From NCBI GenBank assembly GCA_002412425.1, contig DHVB01000031.1, forward strand, positions 14,782-78,781: 64,000 nt of DNA. The letters are read 5' to 3'. This document shows, in pieces, positions 55,182 through 64,000 of the stretch; position 1 is the stretch's first letter, and each line of letters opens with the position of its first letter. The notes under the pieces were generated by a model, which made no database searches, was not told where the DNA came from, and saw nothing but the letters and a program-made list of their open reading frames with translations. This stretch comes from Bacteroidales bacterium UBA5219. Lineage in GTDB: Bacteria; Bacteroidota; Bacteroidia; Bacteroidales; ML635J-15. A program made the translations under genes and the position numbers.

Positions 55182-55943
55182 TTATTCTTTTATTAGCTCT
55201 AACTCAAGCAAATTAAGCATATCGGCATTGTTTATGCTTAAAGTTTTTCCGTCAGTAGAAATATTATCGGCTTGTTTTATTGCCTCTATAAATTGGTCTT
55301 CTAAACTGTCTGGGCAAAACATTAAAGTTGTTGTTAGTTGTGAAAATTCAATTTTTGAGTTATTATGTATTTCGTATTCCCAATTCATTAAGTTGCAATC
55401 AACTTTAGCATAAACCTTAGAATCTTCGGCATTGAAATTCATAAACAATTCATCTTCATTACTTTCAAGTTTTTGTCCATAAATTTCTGTAATCTTCCAC
55501 TTTTTATTATCAACCAAAGGGTTTCCATTTTTTGCAAGAATGTAATTATCAGCAAGTTCACCTTCGATTTCTGTGCCGTCTAAGTTTAAATATTTGATTT
55601 GATTTTCTTCAATTTTTAAAATTGTTGGGTTTTCGTTTTCAGAATCAGCACTTAGCTCTATGCTGTTTCCATTGTCTGTCCAAGTAAATTTTCCTTCAAT
55701 AATATTTTCTGAATTTTCTACTTCTAAGTAATTTGTTGTCAGAACAAAACTTTCATCGTTATTGATTTTAATTTTTGTTTCAATTCCAGGACAATCAGCA
55801 CAAGGAATAATTCCCCAATATGTGCCAGCCCAATCAATGGTGTTTTTTGCAGAATTTTCATCAATAAAATCTGCATTTTTGTTATTACATGCGACTAGAC
55901 TAAAAATAACGCATAATCCTATAAAAAAATTTATGGTTTTCAT
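55182..55943 (-). CDS. lipoprotein with NlpE-N-like and META (HslJ-like) domains
   Basis: Lipobox (LVAC), GTYWGIIPCADCPGIETKI (NlpE N-terminal CXXC), and KWKITEIYGQ.../TTLMFCP (META). Confidence 0.65.
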   Translation of the reverse strand: MKTINFFIGLCVIFSLVACNNKNADFIDENSAKNTIDWAGTYWGIIPCADCPGIETKIKINNDESFVLTTNYLEVENSENIIEGKFTWTDNGNSIELSADSENENPTILKIEENQIKYLNLDGTEIEGELADNYILAKNGNPLVDNKKWKITEIYGQKLESNEDELFMNFNAEDSKVYAKVDCNLMNWEYEIHNNSKIEFSQLTTTLMFCPDSLEDQFIEAIKQADNISTDGKTLSINNADMLNLLELELIKE

Positions 55944-56013
55944 ATCTAATATTTATGGTTAATTAACAACAAAAAACGAGCCAAAATGTTTTATGTTTAT
56001 TAACATAAAATCG

Positions 56014-56994
56014 TTAAGCATTAAGGAATAGAGCAATTTCGTCAAGATTTTGTTTCAACATGCAATCAAAATGTTTTTTTGGACATTTTTTAAATCCAAT
56101 TTTTGAGCAAGGTCGGCATTTTAAGTCTTTGATTTCAAATATTTTACAATTTTCTCCTGCTTGGTAAGGATACATTCCAAATTCTGGAATTGTATTGCCC
56201 CAAATAGAGGCTATATTTTTCTTAAAAGCTGCTGCAATGTGCATTAAACCTGTGTCGTGCGAAATTACAAAATATGCTTGCTCAACAATAGAAGCAGATT
56301 GATTTAGATTTAGTTTGCCACATAAATTTATACAATGAGAGTTTTCTTGAGCAATTTTTTCTCCATTTTCAAAATCTTCTTTTCCGCCAAGTAAAATAAT
56401 TGGTTTATTAATTTTTGAACATAATTCAGAAATTTTATTTACTGGAAGTTTTTTTGTAAAATGTTGTCCTCCAATGGCATAAGCAATAAATTCTGTGTTT
56501 TCAGTTTTTAAAAAATCTGAAATATTTATTTTATCGCTTTCTGGAATAAAATAATCTAAACCTTTGTTGTCATTATCTACGTCAAACAAATAAACAGTTT
56601 TTAAATATCTGTCAACTATATGAATATCAGGGAGTTTGTTCTTTTTGAACCTAACCATTTGATATTTTTCCCAATTTAATTTAGGAAAACTAAAGTCTAA
56701 AATTTTTAGTCGATTTTTAAAACGCCAAGTTCTTATATTGTTGTGTAAATCAATAATATAATCAAAACCTTCGTCTTTTAATTCACGAATAGTTTCTTTA
56801 TAAGATTTAAGAACATGAACTTTATCGACATAAGGATTATTTTCTAAAATTGAACTGTATTGTGGTTTTGTAAGGTAGTGAATAACAGCACCATCGACTT
56901 GATTTTTTAAATTTCTTATAACAGGTGTTGTAAGTACAATATCGCCAATACTTGAAAATCTTATTATTAAAAATTTTATTTGATTTTCTTCCAT
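56014..56994 (-). CDS. glycosyltransferase family 9 (heptosyltransferase-like)
   Basis: IIRFSSIGDIVLTTPVIRNLK N-terminus and SHDTGLMHIAAA motif. Confidence 0.8.
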   Translation of the reverse strand: MEENQIKFLIIRFSSIGDIVLTTPVIRNLKNQVDGAVIHYLTKPQYSSILENNPYVDKVHVLKSYKETIRELKDEGFDYIIDLHNNIRTWRFKNRLKILDFSFPKLNWEKYQMVRFKKNKLPDIHIVDRYLKTVYLFDVDNDNKGLDYFIPESDKINISDFLKTENTEFIAYAIGGQHFTKKLPVNKISELCSKINKPIILLGGKEDFENGEKIAQENSHCINLCGKLNLNQSASIVEQAYFVISHDTGLMHIAAAFKKNIASIWGNTIPEFGMYPYQAGENCKIFEIKDLKCRPCSKIGFKKCPKKHFDCMLKQNLDEIALFLNA

Positions 56995-56995
56995 A

Positions 56996-57370
56996 TTATT
57001 CTTTTATAGGGACAAAAAACATTTCAGCATCACCATGTCGCAACGACATTACTCTTCTATTTAACACTGTAATTTTAAACATATTATTTCCAATCAATAA
57101 AAAATCAGCATCTTGGCAAAGTTCCCATTTTGTTGTTGCAATTTCGCCATTGTCGTATATTTTTACAAGCTCATTATTTTCCTTAAAATAGAATTTTGCA
57201 TTTCTAGTAATTGAGGTTTGGTTTTCGGCGTAATTTACATAAGTTTTTATTTGCCAAATATTTTTGGTTAGCAATTTGATACTACGTTCATATTTATAGT
57301 CTTTTTCGCAAGCTGTTAGCAGTACTGCTGTTAAGCAAGTAATAAAAACAAATTTGACTATAGACTTCAT
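56996..57370 (-). CDS. hypothetical lipoprotein
   Basis: Signal peptide with lipobox (LLTAC). 124 aa, and its stop lies 2 nt upstream of the GT9 gene start. Confidence 0.5.
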   Translation of the reverse strand: MKSIVKFVFITCLTAVLLTACEKDYKYERSIKLLTKNIWQIKTYVNYAENQTSITRNAKFYFKENNELVKIYDNGEIATTKWELCQDADFLLIGNNMFKITVLNRRVMSLRHGDAEMFFVPIKE

Positions 57371-57385
57371 AAATATTTTAAAAAC

Positions 57386-58231
57386 TTATAATTTAATATC
57401 TGAAAACTTTATTGCTTCTTTTGCTCTTACTCCGCGTTCGGTTTTTTCCACATAGCAAGCCTCGCAAAAATAATCGTGCTGAAAAACTAAAAGCCAATTT
57501 TCGTCTGCAGCTTGGTTTAAAATTTCTTGTTTTTCTTCTATGCTTGTTAGCGGAAACAAATCATAAGCCGAAATCCAAGCCAATGGAATTGATGCTCTAG
57601 CTGGAATTAAATCTCCTGTAAAAAATATGGTTTTGTTATTAGTTCTTATAATTGGAAGCATAAGTCCTGGAGTGTGTCCGTAAAATAATTTTAGTTCAAT
57701 TTCTGGACATAGAAAAAAATCTTTTTCAACAATAATTAAAGCATTTTCTTTTTCGATAATATCCCAATTTTCGGGCAAAAATGAAGAGCGTTCTCTATAA
57801 TTTGGTTTTATTGCATTTTGAAATTGGTCTTTTGAAACATAATACTTAGCGTTTGGAAAAGCTATAATTCTTTTTCCGCTTTTTTTATCAATTATTGTAT
57901 TTCCTCCGCAGTGGTCAAAATGTAGATGAGTTAATACAACATCAGTTATTTGTTCTGGTAGGTAGCCAATTTTTTTTAAATTTTCTTTTAAATTTTGGCT
58001 ATAATCAGTAAAATACAAGTCATTAGTTTCTTCTTCGGGTTTTTCGCCAATGCCAGTGTCGAATAAAACCACTCTATCACCTCTATCGACAAGTATTGAG
58101 CGACATGCAGCAGGACACATATTATTTTCGTCGCAGGGATATTTTTTTTGCCAAATAATTTTTGGAACAACGCCAAAATACGCTCCACCGTCAATTTTAA
58201 ACTCTGGTGTATCTAATATAAAAATCTTCAT
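57386..58231 (-). CDS. MBL-fold metallo-hydrolase
   Basis: THLHFDHCGG motif. Confidence 0.8.
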   Translation of the reverse strand: MKIFILDTPEFKIDGGAYFGVVPKIIWQKKYPCDENNMCPAACRSILVDRGDRVVLFDTGIGEKPEEETNDLYFTDYSQNLKENLKKIGYLPEQITDVVLTHLHFDHCGGNTIIDKKSGKRIIAFPNAKYYVSKDQFQNAIKPNYRERSSFLPENWDIIEKENALIIVEKDFFLCPEIELKLFYGHTPGLMLPIIRTNNKTIFFTGDLIPARASIPLAWISAYDLFPLTSIEEKQEILNQAADENWLLVFQHDYFCEACYVEKTERGVRAKEAIKFSDIKL

Positions 58232-58364
58232 AGTTTACACTTTTTACAATATTTAAAAGTGAAAATACTTTTTCTTTTAAATAAAATAAGAAGCAAATAT
58301 AATTAAAAAATTGTTTGTAGTAGCTTTTAACAGAAGTTCTTTATTTAATTACGCTAACTCGCTT

Positions 58365-58455
58365 GGATTTTCCCACACAACCCCGCTCTCTCGGTTCAAC
58401 TTTACAAACTTTACGAACTTTAAAAACTTTAAAAACTTTACAAACTTTTAACTGA
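58365..58455. repeat. GC-rich core plus AACTTT array (single arm)
   Basis: ggattttcccacacaaccccgctctctcgg is followed by caactttacaaactttacgaactttaaaaactttaaaaactttacaaacttttaactga. Confidence 0.75.
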
Positions 58456-58460
58456 TTTTT

Positions 58461-59687
58461 TTAACTGACTTCCGAGAATTTTTTCGTAATATATCTCACA
58501 GGGTACCAAGCGGCTATAAGTCCAATAATCATTACAGCAATAAATACCCAGACAAAATCCATTGCTTGCATTGCAACAGGATAGCTATCAATTATAAACG
58601 AACCTCCAGTACCTAGTTTTATTAAACCAAATTTTATTTGAGCCCAACAAAGAACACTTCCAAACAGCATTCCAACAATTGCACCTATAAAACTGATAAA
58701 TAATCCTTGTAAGAAAAATATTTTTCTAATAGTTTTGTCTTCTGCTCCTAGGCTTTTTAAAATTTTAATATCATTTTTCTTTTCTATTATAAGCATTGTT
58801 AAAGAACCAATAATATTGAAAGATGCTATTAACAGAATGAAAATCAAAATCATAAAAATTGCCCATTTTTCCGATTGCATTATTTTAAATGCATATTCGT
58901 GTTGCATATTTCTGTCTTGAACAATAAAATCTTCGCCAAAACTTTCTGTTAGTTTATTTAATGAAGTTTTTATGTTTTCGCCTTTTTTAATTTTAATTTC
59001 TATGGAACTTACCTCATTTTCATACTCTAAAAGTCTTCTAACTTCCGAAAGAGGTGCAATAAAATATTTAGTGTCGTACTCTTGTTGAATGGAAAAAATT
59101 CCAGCATTATAAACAATACTTTGATTTAGATTGTCTGCTGCATCTATCATGCCAGCACTAATTTTTTTTGTTCTGCTTGGAATATAAACTTTTACAGGAT
59201 AAATAAAACTTACATCTAAATTCAAATTATAGGCTATTCCTTGACCCGAAACACCGCAAAAGGCATTTTGATATTCTAAAAAATAATCGCCTCTAACAAT
59301 CATAGAATCTATGCCTGTTACATTTTTATAATTATCGTCAACTCCTTTTATTGTTGCAACAATTTGTTTGTCGTCGTAAGCAAACATTGCGTTTTCTTCT
59401 AAACAAAGCGAATATTCTTCGATAAAATCTAAATTTAGTTTTTCAGAAACTTTATCATCAAATTTAAAAACCTTGCCTTTTGCTGCAACAATTTTAATAT
59501 CGGGGTCAAAAGAATTGTAAAGCCTTGTTAGTAAATTATCAAAGCCATTAAATACAGATAGGATAGTAATTAAAGCAGCTGTGCCAACACTAACTCCTAA
59601 AACTGAAATGAATGAAATAATATTTATTGCATTTCTAGATTTTTTAGAAATCAAGTAACGGCGAGCTATGTAAAAAGAAAATTTCAA
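58461..59687 (-). CDS. FtsX-like ABC transporter permease (LolC/E-like)
   Basis: N-terminal FYIARRYL, four TM segments with a large periplasmic loop, 408 aa. Its position downstream of rbfA is the usual Bacteroidota arrangement. Confidence 0.85.
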   Translation of the reverse strand: MKFSFYIARRYLISKKSRNAINIISFISVLGVSVGTAALITILSVFNGFDNLLTRLYNSFDPDIKIVAAKGKVFKFDDKVSEKLNLDFIEEYSLCLEENAMFAYDDKQIVATIKGVDDNYKNVTGIDSMIVRGDYFLEYQNAFCGVSGQGIAYNLNLDVSFIYPVKVYIPSRTKKISAGMIDAADNLNQSIVYNAGIFSIQQEYDTKYFIAPLSEVRRLLEYENEVSSIEIKIKKGENIKTSLNKLTESFGEDFIVQDRNMQHEYAFKIMQSEKWAIFMILIFILLIASFNIIGSLTMLIIEKKNDIKILKSLGAEDKTIRKIFFLQGLFISFIGAIVGMLFGSVLCWAQIKFGLIKLGTGGSFIIDSYPVAMQAMDFVWVFIAVMIIGLIAAWYPVRYITKKFSEVS

Positions 59688-59690
59688 ATT

Positions 59691-60032
59691 TTACTTTTTT
59701 AATAATTGATCTATTTTTTCACTTTGGTCTAGAGAATCGTCTAAGTAAAAAACCAATTCTGGAATTTTTTTAAGATTATTTCTAAGAGCATTGCCAAGTT
59801 CAAATCTAATAGGCGACACCTGTTTGTTTATTTCTTTAATAATAGCTTCGCCATCGTTTGAAGGAAAAATACTTAAACTAATTCGGGCAATACTTAAATC
59901 TGGTGTCATTTTAACATTTGTAACTGTTAGCAATCTGCCTGGCACTAAACCATTAAATTTATGTTGAATAATATGAGATAATTCTTTTTGTACTAAATTG
60001 CCAACCTGTAATTGTCGTTTTGATTGTTCCAT
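59691..60032 (-). CDS. rbfA: ribosome-binding factor A
   Basis: RQLQVGNLVQKELSHII...VTNVKMTPDLSIARI pattern. Length is 113 aa. Confidence 0.9.
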   Translation of the reverse strand: MEQSKRQLQVGNLVQKELSHIIQHKFNGLVPGRLLTVTNVKMTPDLSIARISLSIFPSNDGEAIIKEINKQVSPIRFELGNALRNNLKKIPELVFYLDDSLDQSEKIDQLLKK

Positions 60033-60123
60033 AGTGAATATTATTTATTAATTTTAATTATGACAAAGTTAAATTAAATTTTCAATTATCATGCAAGCGA
60101 AAAATATTAAAGCAAGAAAATTT

Positions 60124-60622
60124 TAGTTAAAAGTTAATAAAGTTTTTAAAGTTCGTAAAGTTAAATCCATCTGAGCAATAAACTCAACACTCAACACAAT
60201 AAACACCCCGCTCGCTCGGATTTGTAATCCGAGCGAGCGTCATGGGTGTTGGGAGCGAGCAATAGTGGTGCTAGGAGCGAGCTGGTGTGGGTTTTGTAAA
60301 TAGCAAATTAATTTTCATCAATTTTTCGTAATTAACTTTCATCACTTTATCAAAAGTTTTTCCGTAGGACACATCAGTTAAAAGTTTATAAAGTTCAACT
60401 GAGTTTACGAGCTCGCTGAAAGCAAAGTTCATAAAGGAAAGCCAATCATAAAACCGCTTTTAATTTTTAACTTTAAACTGAGTATGCGTTAGCTTCTTTT
60501 GTGTCCTTTTGTGTCTTTTGTGGTTTAAAACTAATCCATGCGAGTAGAGTGAGCTTGCGAACTCTGCGAAGCAATAGACGCGTCAGCCACTTTCGACTTT
60601 CGACTTTTAACTTTTAACTGAC
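60124..60622. repeat. ~500-bp composite non-coding element bounded by inverted AAAGTT/AACTTT arrays, with GC-rich hairpin cores
   Basis: Left array is 60124-60162 and right array is 60585-60622. An inner pair lies at 60375-60403 and 60456-60482. A perfect 13-bp hairpin (cgctcgctcggat-ttgta-atccgagcgagcg) sits near 60208-60238. CTTTTGTGT occurs three times near 60495-60525. Confidence 0.8.
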
Positions 60623-60770
60623 TTGTCGGCATAGGTGCTACAACTTTGAAAATAAAATAGGAAAATTTAAAATCTTTGGAGAAATTCTAATTGCTGTGTT
60701 AATAACTAAGAAAAAAACTGCTTTGTAATATACTAATAAATTTATTACTTCGTGCAAAATTTGAAAATAG

Positions 60771-61487
60771 ATGAAAACAAAGGTATTAAAATCAATTTTA
60801 ATATTTGTAATTTTAGCTTGTACTGTTTCTTTAAAAGCGAATACTGTTGACAGTACAGAAAATCTTTCCTTGCTAAAAAAAGTAGAGAATTGGTATTCTG
60901 AAAATATGAATTATACAACTATTACTTTATTGATGACTGTTGAAAGTTCATTTATACCTTTTCCTTCCGAAATTATTATTCCTCCAGCTGCTTATATTGC
61001 AAGCAATCCAGAAAGCGATTTGAATATATTTTTAGTTGTTTTATTTGGAACAATTGGTGCTTTAATAGGGGCTTATATAAATTACTTTTTGGCTTTATGG
61101 TTGGGGCGACCTATTGTTTATAAATTTGCAGATTCTCGCTTGGGACGCTTCTTTTTACTTAGTAAGGAAAAGGTTGTAAAAGCAGAAACATATTTTAACA
61201 ATCACGGAAAAACCTCTACTTTTATAGGAAGATTAATTCCCGGAATTCGTCAGTTAATTTCTATTCCAGCAGGTTTGGCAAAAATGAATTTTCTTGCTTT
61301 TAGCATATATACTTTTATTGGAGCTATGATTTGGAATATTATTTTGACAGCTTTAGGTTATTTAGCTCATGGACAAAAAGATTTAATAGATAAATACAAT
61401 AAAGAATTATCAATAGCTATAGTTGTAATTGTTGTTTTAGTTATTTTATTTTTTATTATTCGTAAACTTATCAAAAGAAAAAAATGA
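60771..61487 (+). CDS. DedA-family membrane protein
   Basis: IPFPSEIIIPPAAY...GRLIPGIRQLISIPAG DedA signature. Confidence 0.85.
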   Translation: MKTKVLKSILIFVILACTVSLKANTVDSTENLSLLKKVENWYSENMNYTTITLLMTVESSFIPFPSEIIIPPAAYIASNPESDLNIFLVVLFGTIGALIGAYINYFLALWLGRPIVYKFADSRLGRFFLLSKEKVVKAETYFNNHGKTSTFIGRLIPGIRQLISIPAGLAKMNFLAFSIYTFIGAMIWNIILTALGYLAHGQKDLIDKYNKELSIAIVVIVVLVILFFIIRKLIKRKK

Positions 61488-62233
61488 GAGAGTTTGGACT
61501 TATAGGTTATCCTTTGAAACATTCATATTCTCATATATATTTTGAGAACAAATTTAAAAATGAAAAAATTGATGACGCAAAATATAGTTTATTTCCTATA
61601 ACAGAGATTTCTAAGTTACATAATATTATAAGTACTAGAGAAAATTTATTGGGCTTAAACGTTACAACTCCTTATAAAGAACAGATATTGCCTTATTTAA
61701 ACGATATTGATAAATCCGTTTTGAATATTGGTACTGTTAATACTATAAAAATTGAAAGAAACGGAGAAGAAATAAAATTAACTGGTTATAATACTGACAT
61801 TGATGGTTTGCGTAAGACTTTTGAAAAAATAGAACTTCCGCCAATAAATAAAGCATTAATTTTAGGAAGTGGTGGCTCTGGAAAAACCGTAAAATTTGTT
61901 TTAGAAGAACTTGGAATTAAATCAACTACTGTTTCACGAAATCCAAAAAACTTGTCTGTATTATCTTATAAAAACGTTACAGAGGCAGTTATTAAGCATC
62001 ACAATTTAATTATTAATGCTAGTCCGGTTGGAATGTTTCCAAATGTAGATAATTGTCCAAATATTCCTTATGAATATATTAAAGACACGCATATTTGCTT
62101 TGATTTAGTTTATAATCCTGAGCAAACTTTATTTTTAAAAAATTGTAAAGACAAAGGCGCAAAATGCATTAATGGCTTAACTATGCTATACGAGCAAGCA
62201 GATCGAGCTTGGAAAATTTGGAATAGAGATTAA
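61484..62233 (+). CDS. aroE: shikimate dehydrogenase
   Basis: GLIGYPLKHSYS, LNVTTPYK and ILGSGGSGK. Confidence 0.85.
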   Translation: MREFGLIGYPLKHSYSHIYFENKFKNEKIDDAKYSLFPITEISKLHNIISTRENLLGLNVTTPYKEQILPYLNDIDKSVLNIGTVNTIKIERNGEEIKLTGYNTDIDGLRKTFEKIELPPINKALILGSGGSGKTVKFVLEELGIKSTTVSRNPKNLSVLSYKNVTEAVIKHHNLIINASPVGMFPNVDNCPNIPYEYIKDTHICFDLVYNPEQTLFLKNCKDKGAKCINGLTMLYEQADRAWKIWNRD

Positions 62234-62253
62234 GTTAAAAATTTGAGCTTAGT

Positions 62254-63057
62254 TTAAAACGCTACGTCAGATTCGCTTTTGTCAAAATAGCCTTTAATAA
62301 TTCCGCGTTTTGAGTTTCGGATAAATAATAAAATTTCGTCTCTTTCTTTGCTAGCAGGCATTTCTGCTTCAATATAAGCAGTAGCCTGAGAAACGTTCAT
62401 TCCGCGATTATAAACTACTCTATAAATATCTTGAATAGCATTAATTTTATCGTTACAGAAATTTCTACGTCTCAAGCCAATAGAATTTACTCCTGCAAAC
62501 GAAAGAGGGTATCTAGCTGCTTTAACATAAGGAGGCACATCTTTTCCTACTAGTGAATTACCAGCAAGTATTGTATGTGCTCCAATTCTACAGAATTGAT
62601 GAATTAAAGAGTTTGCAGAAATAATTGCATAATCGTCAACAATTACTTCGCCACCTAAATTTACACCATTTACTAAAATTACATTATCACCAATAAGGCA
62701 GTCGTGAGCAACATGAACATATGCCATTATCAAACAATTTGAACCAACAATAGTTCTTCCTTTTGCAGCAGTTCCTCTATTTACTGTTACAAATTCGCGT
62801 ATAGTTGTTCCGTCACCTATTTCAGCGGTAGTTTCTTCGCCTCTAAATTTTAGGTCTTGAGGAATTGCTCCAATTACAGCACCTGGAAAAATTCTACAAT
62901 TTTTACCAATTCTTGAGCCTTCCATAATTGTAACATTGGAACCTATCCAAGTTCCTTCTCCAATTTCTACGTTTTTGTGAATAGTAACAAAAGGTTCTAC
63001 CACAACGTTATTGGCAATTTTTGCTGCCGAATGAACAAAAGAAAGAGGTTGATTCAT
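62254..63057 (-). CDS. lpxA: acyl-ACP--UDP-N-acetylglucosamine O-acyltransferase
   Basis: Hexapeptide left-handed beta-helix repeats and an LpxA C-terminal helical domain. It is adjacent to lpxC/fabZ. Confidence 0.93.
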   Translation of the reverse strand: MNQPLSFVHSAAKIANNVVVEPFVTIHKNVEIGEGTWIGSNVTIMEGSRIGKNCRIFPGAVIGAIPQDLKFRGEETTAEIGDGTTIREFVTVNRGTAAKGRTIVGSNCLIMAYVHVAHDCLIGDNVILVNGVNLGGEVIVDDYAIISANSLIHQFCRIGAHTILAGNSLVGKDVPPYVKAARYPLSFAGVNSIGLRRRNFCNDKINAIQDIYRVVYNRGMNVSQATAYIEAEMPASKERDEILLFIRNSKRGIIKGYFDKSESDVAF

Positions 63058-63066
63058 AATATTTTT

Positions 63067-64000
63067 TTAACTAAGTTTAACAATTTGTGCATACATATCT
63101 GCTTCACACGCAAGTTCTGTGCCAACATAAGCTTTGCCTAGCATGTGGGCTATTCCTCTACGAATAGGTTCTAATAAAGTTAGTTGCATTACTAAAACAT
63201 CGCCTGGAACTACCTTACGTCTAAATTTTACATTATCTATTTTTAAGAAAAATGTAAGATAATTTTCAGGGTCTGGAACTGTTGATAAAACTAATATTCC
63301 GCCAGTTTGTGCCATAGCTTCAACTTGTAAAACACCAGGCATTACAGGCTCGTCAGGGAAATGTCCTTGGAAAAAGTTTTCGTCATTAGTAACACATTTA
63401 ACACCAACAACTTCGGTTTCGCTTAAAGATAAAATTTTATCAACCAACAAAAATGGGAAGCGATGAGGTATAAAACCTTGAATTTGCATTACATCCATCA
63501 AAGGTTTTTCGTCTGGATTGTAAATTGGAATATTTGCTTTCGCTAAGTTTTTCTTTACCTCGTTAAGATGTTGACGAATTATTTTAGCAATATTAACATT
63601 AGCATAATGTCCTGGACGATTTGCAATTATATTAGCATTAAATCTATAGCCTGTTAGTGCTAAATCGCCAATTAAATCTAAAAGTTTGTGGCGTGCAGGT
63701 TCATTACTAAATTGTAATTTTATATTATTCAAAACACCAGAAGATTGAACTTCTACACTTGGTCTATTAAATAATTTAGCCAAACGGTCAAATTCTGCTT
63801 GGTCACATTCTTTATCAACAATTACAATTGCATTATCAAGACTGCCACCTTTAATTAAATCTTGTTTTAATAGTGGTTCTAATTCGCTTAACAATACAAA
63901 AGTTCTGCAAGCAGAAACTTCATTTTTAAACTCGTCTAAACTATTTAAAACAGCATATTGATTTGAAATGGCATCTGATTTATAATCGACTAAAACTTGA
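63067..64000 (-). CDS. bifunctional UDP-3-O-acyl-GlcNAc deacetylase / 3-hydroxyacyl-ACP dehydratase, C-terminal part (5' end beyond window)
   Basis: The frame is open to the window edge. It has the LpxC C-terminus (LIKGGSLDNAIV, HKLLDLIGDL) fused to FabZ (FFQGHFPDEPVMPGVL). Confidence 0.9.
   Translation of the reverse strand, partial: QVLVDYKSDAISNQYAVLNSLDEFKNEVSACRTFVLLSELEPLLKQDLIKGGSLDNAIVIVDKECDQAEFDRLAKLFNRPSVEVQSSGVLNNIKLQFSNEPARHKLLDLIGDLALTGYRFNANIIANRPGHYANVNIAKIIRQHLNEVKKNLAKANIPIYNPDEKPLMDVMQIQGFIPHRFPFLLVDKILSLSETEVVGVKCVTNDENFFQGHFPDEPVMPGVLQVEAMAQTGGILVLSTVPDPENYLTFFLKIDNVKFRRKVVPGDVLVMQLTLLEPIRRGIAHMLGKAYVGTELACEADMYAQIVKLS

Noticed and set aside
1-64000. tRNA, rRNA, tmRNA or riboswitch genes
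   Set aside because: By eye I found no cloverleaf-compatible GC-rich 70-90-nt segment and no rRNA-like sequence. The only GC-rich intergenic patches are the repeat elements described above. This is not a substitute for a tRNAscan or Infernal run.

Overview
This is an AT-rich bacterial chromosome segment, most likely Bacteroidota. Three things support that: an LpxC-FabZ fusion gene next to lpxA, TAnnTTTG -7 promoter boxes upstream of many genes, and many signal-peptide beta-barrel OMP genes. Housekeeping blocks are deoC/polyprenyl synthase/coaX, corA-queD-birA-nadA, ileS-dksA and rfbB through lpxA/lpxC-fabZ. Three accessory (defence) islands interrupt them. Island 1 (about 3.4-15.6 kb) holds a type I R-M operon interleaved with three RhuM-family genes. 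It is followed by an uncharacterised three-gene module (NdpA-like, C-terminally membrane-anchored 496-aa protein, NdpA-like) and a DUF1016 nuclease. Island 2 (about 21.4-27.3 kb) holds a secreted WD40-caspase with an OMP partner, and an AbiEi/AbiEii cassette flanked by direct repeats whose toxin gene has an in-frame stop at codon 8. Island 3 (about 33-51.1 kb) starts with an AbiJ-like protein and a decayed Ser/Thr kinase. Next is a second type I R-M operon interrupted by a RAYT-like transposase gene and an AbiL-like ATPase/RloB remnant. Its 1269-aa hsdR carries an in-frame DUF559 (Vsr-like) insertion flanked by GC-rich palindromic repeats. The island continues with an orphan HicB-like gene and a pRiA4b-ORF3-like gene. 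It ends with a 5.3-kb cassette (PD-DxK candidate nuclease, N6-adenine methyltransferase, frameshifted helicase with predicted TM helices) bracketed by 62-bp direct repeats that are 60/62 identical. A family of short-period (7-9 nt) AAAGTT/AACTTT hairpin arrays and associated GC-rich cores is scattered through the intergenic regions. I found no rRNA, tRNA or CRISPR array. The best candidates for an undescribed system are the 10.6-14.4 kb module and the 45.7-51.1 kb cassette. All functional calls come from reading motifs by eye and no searches were run.
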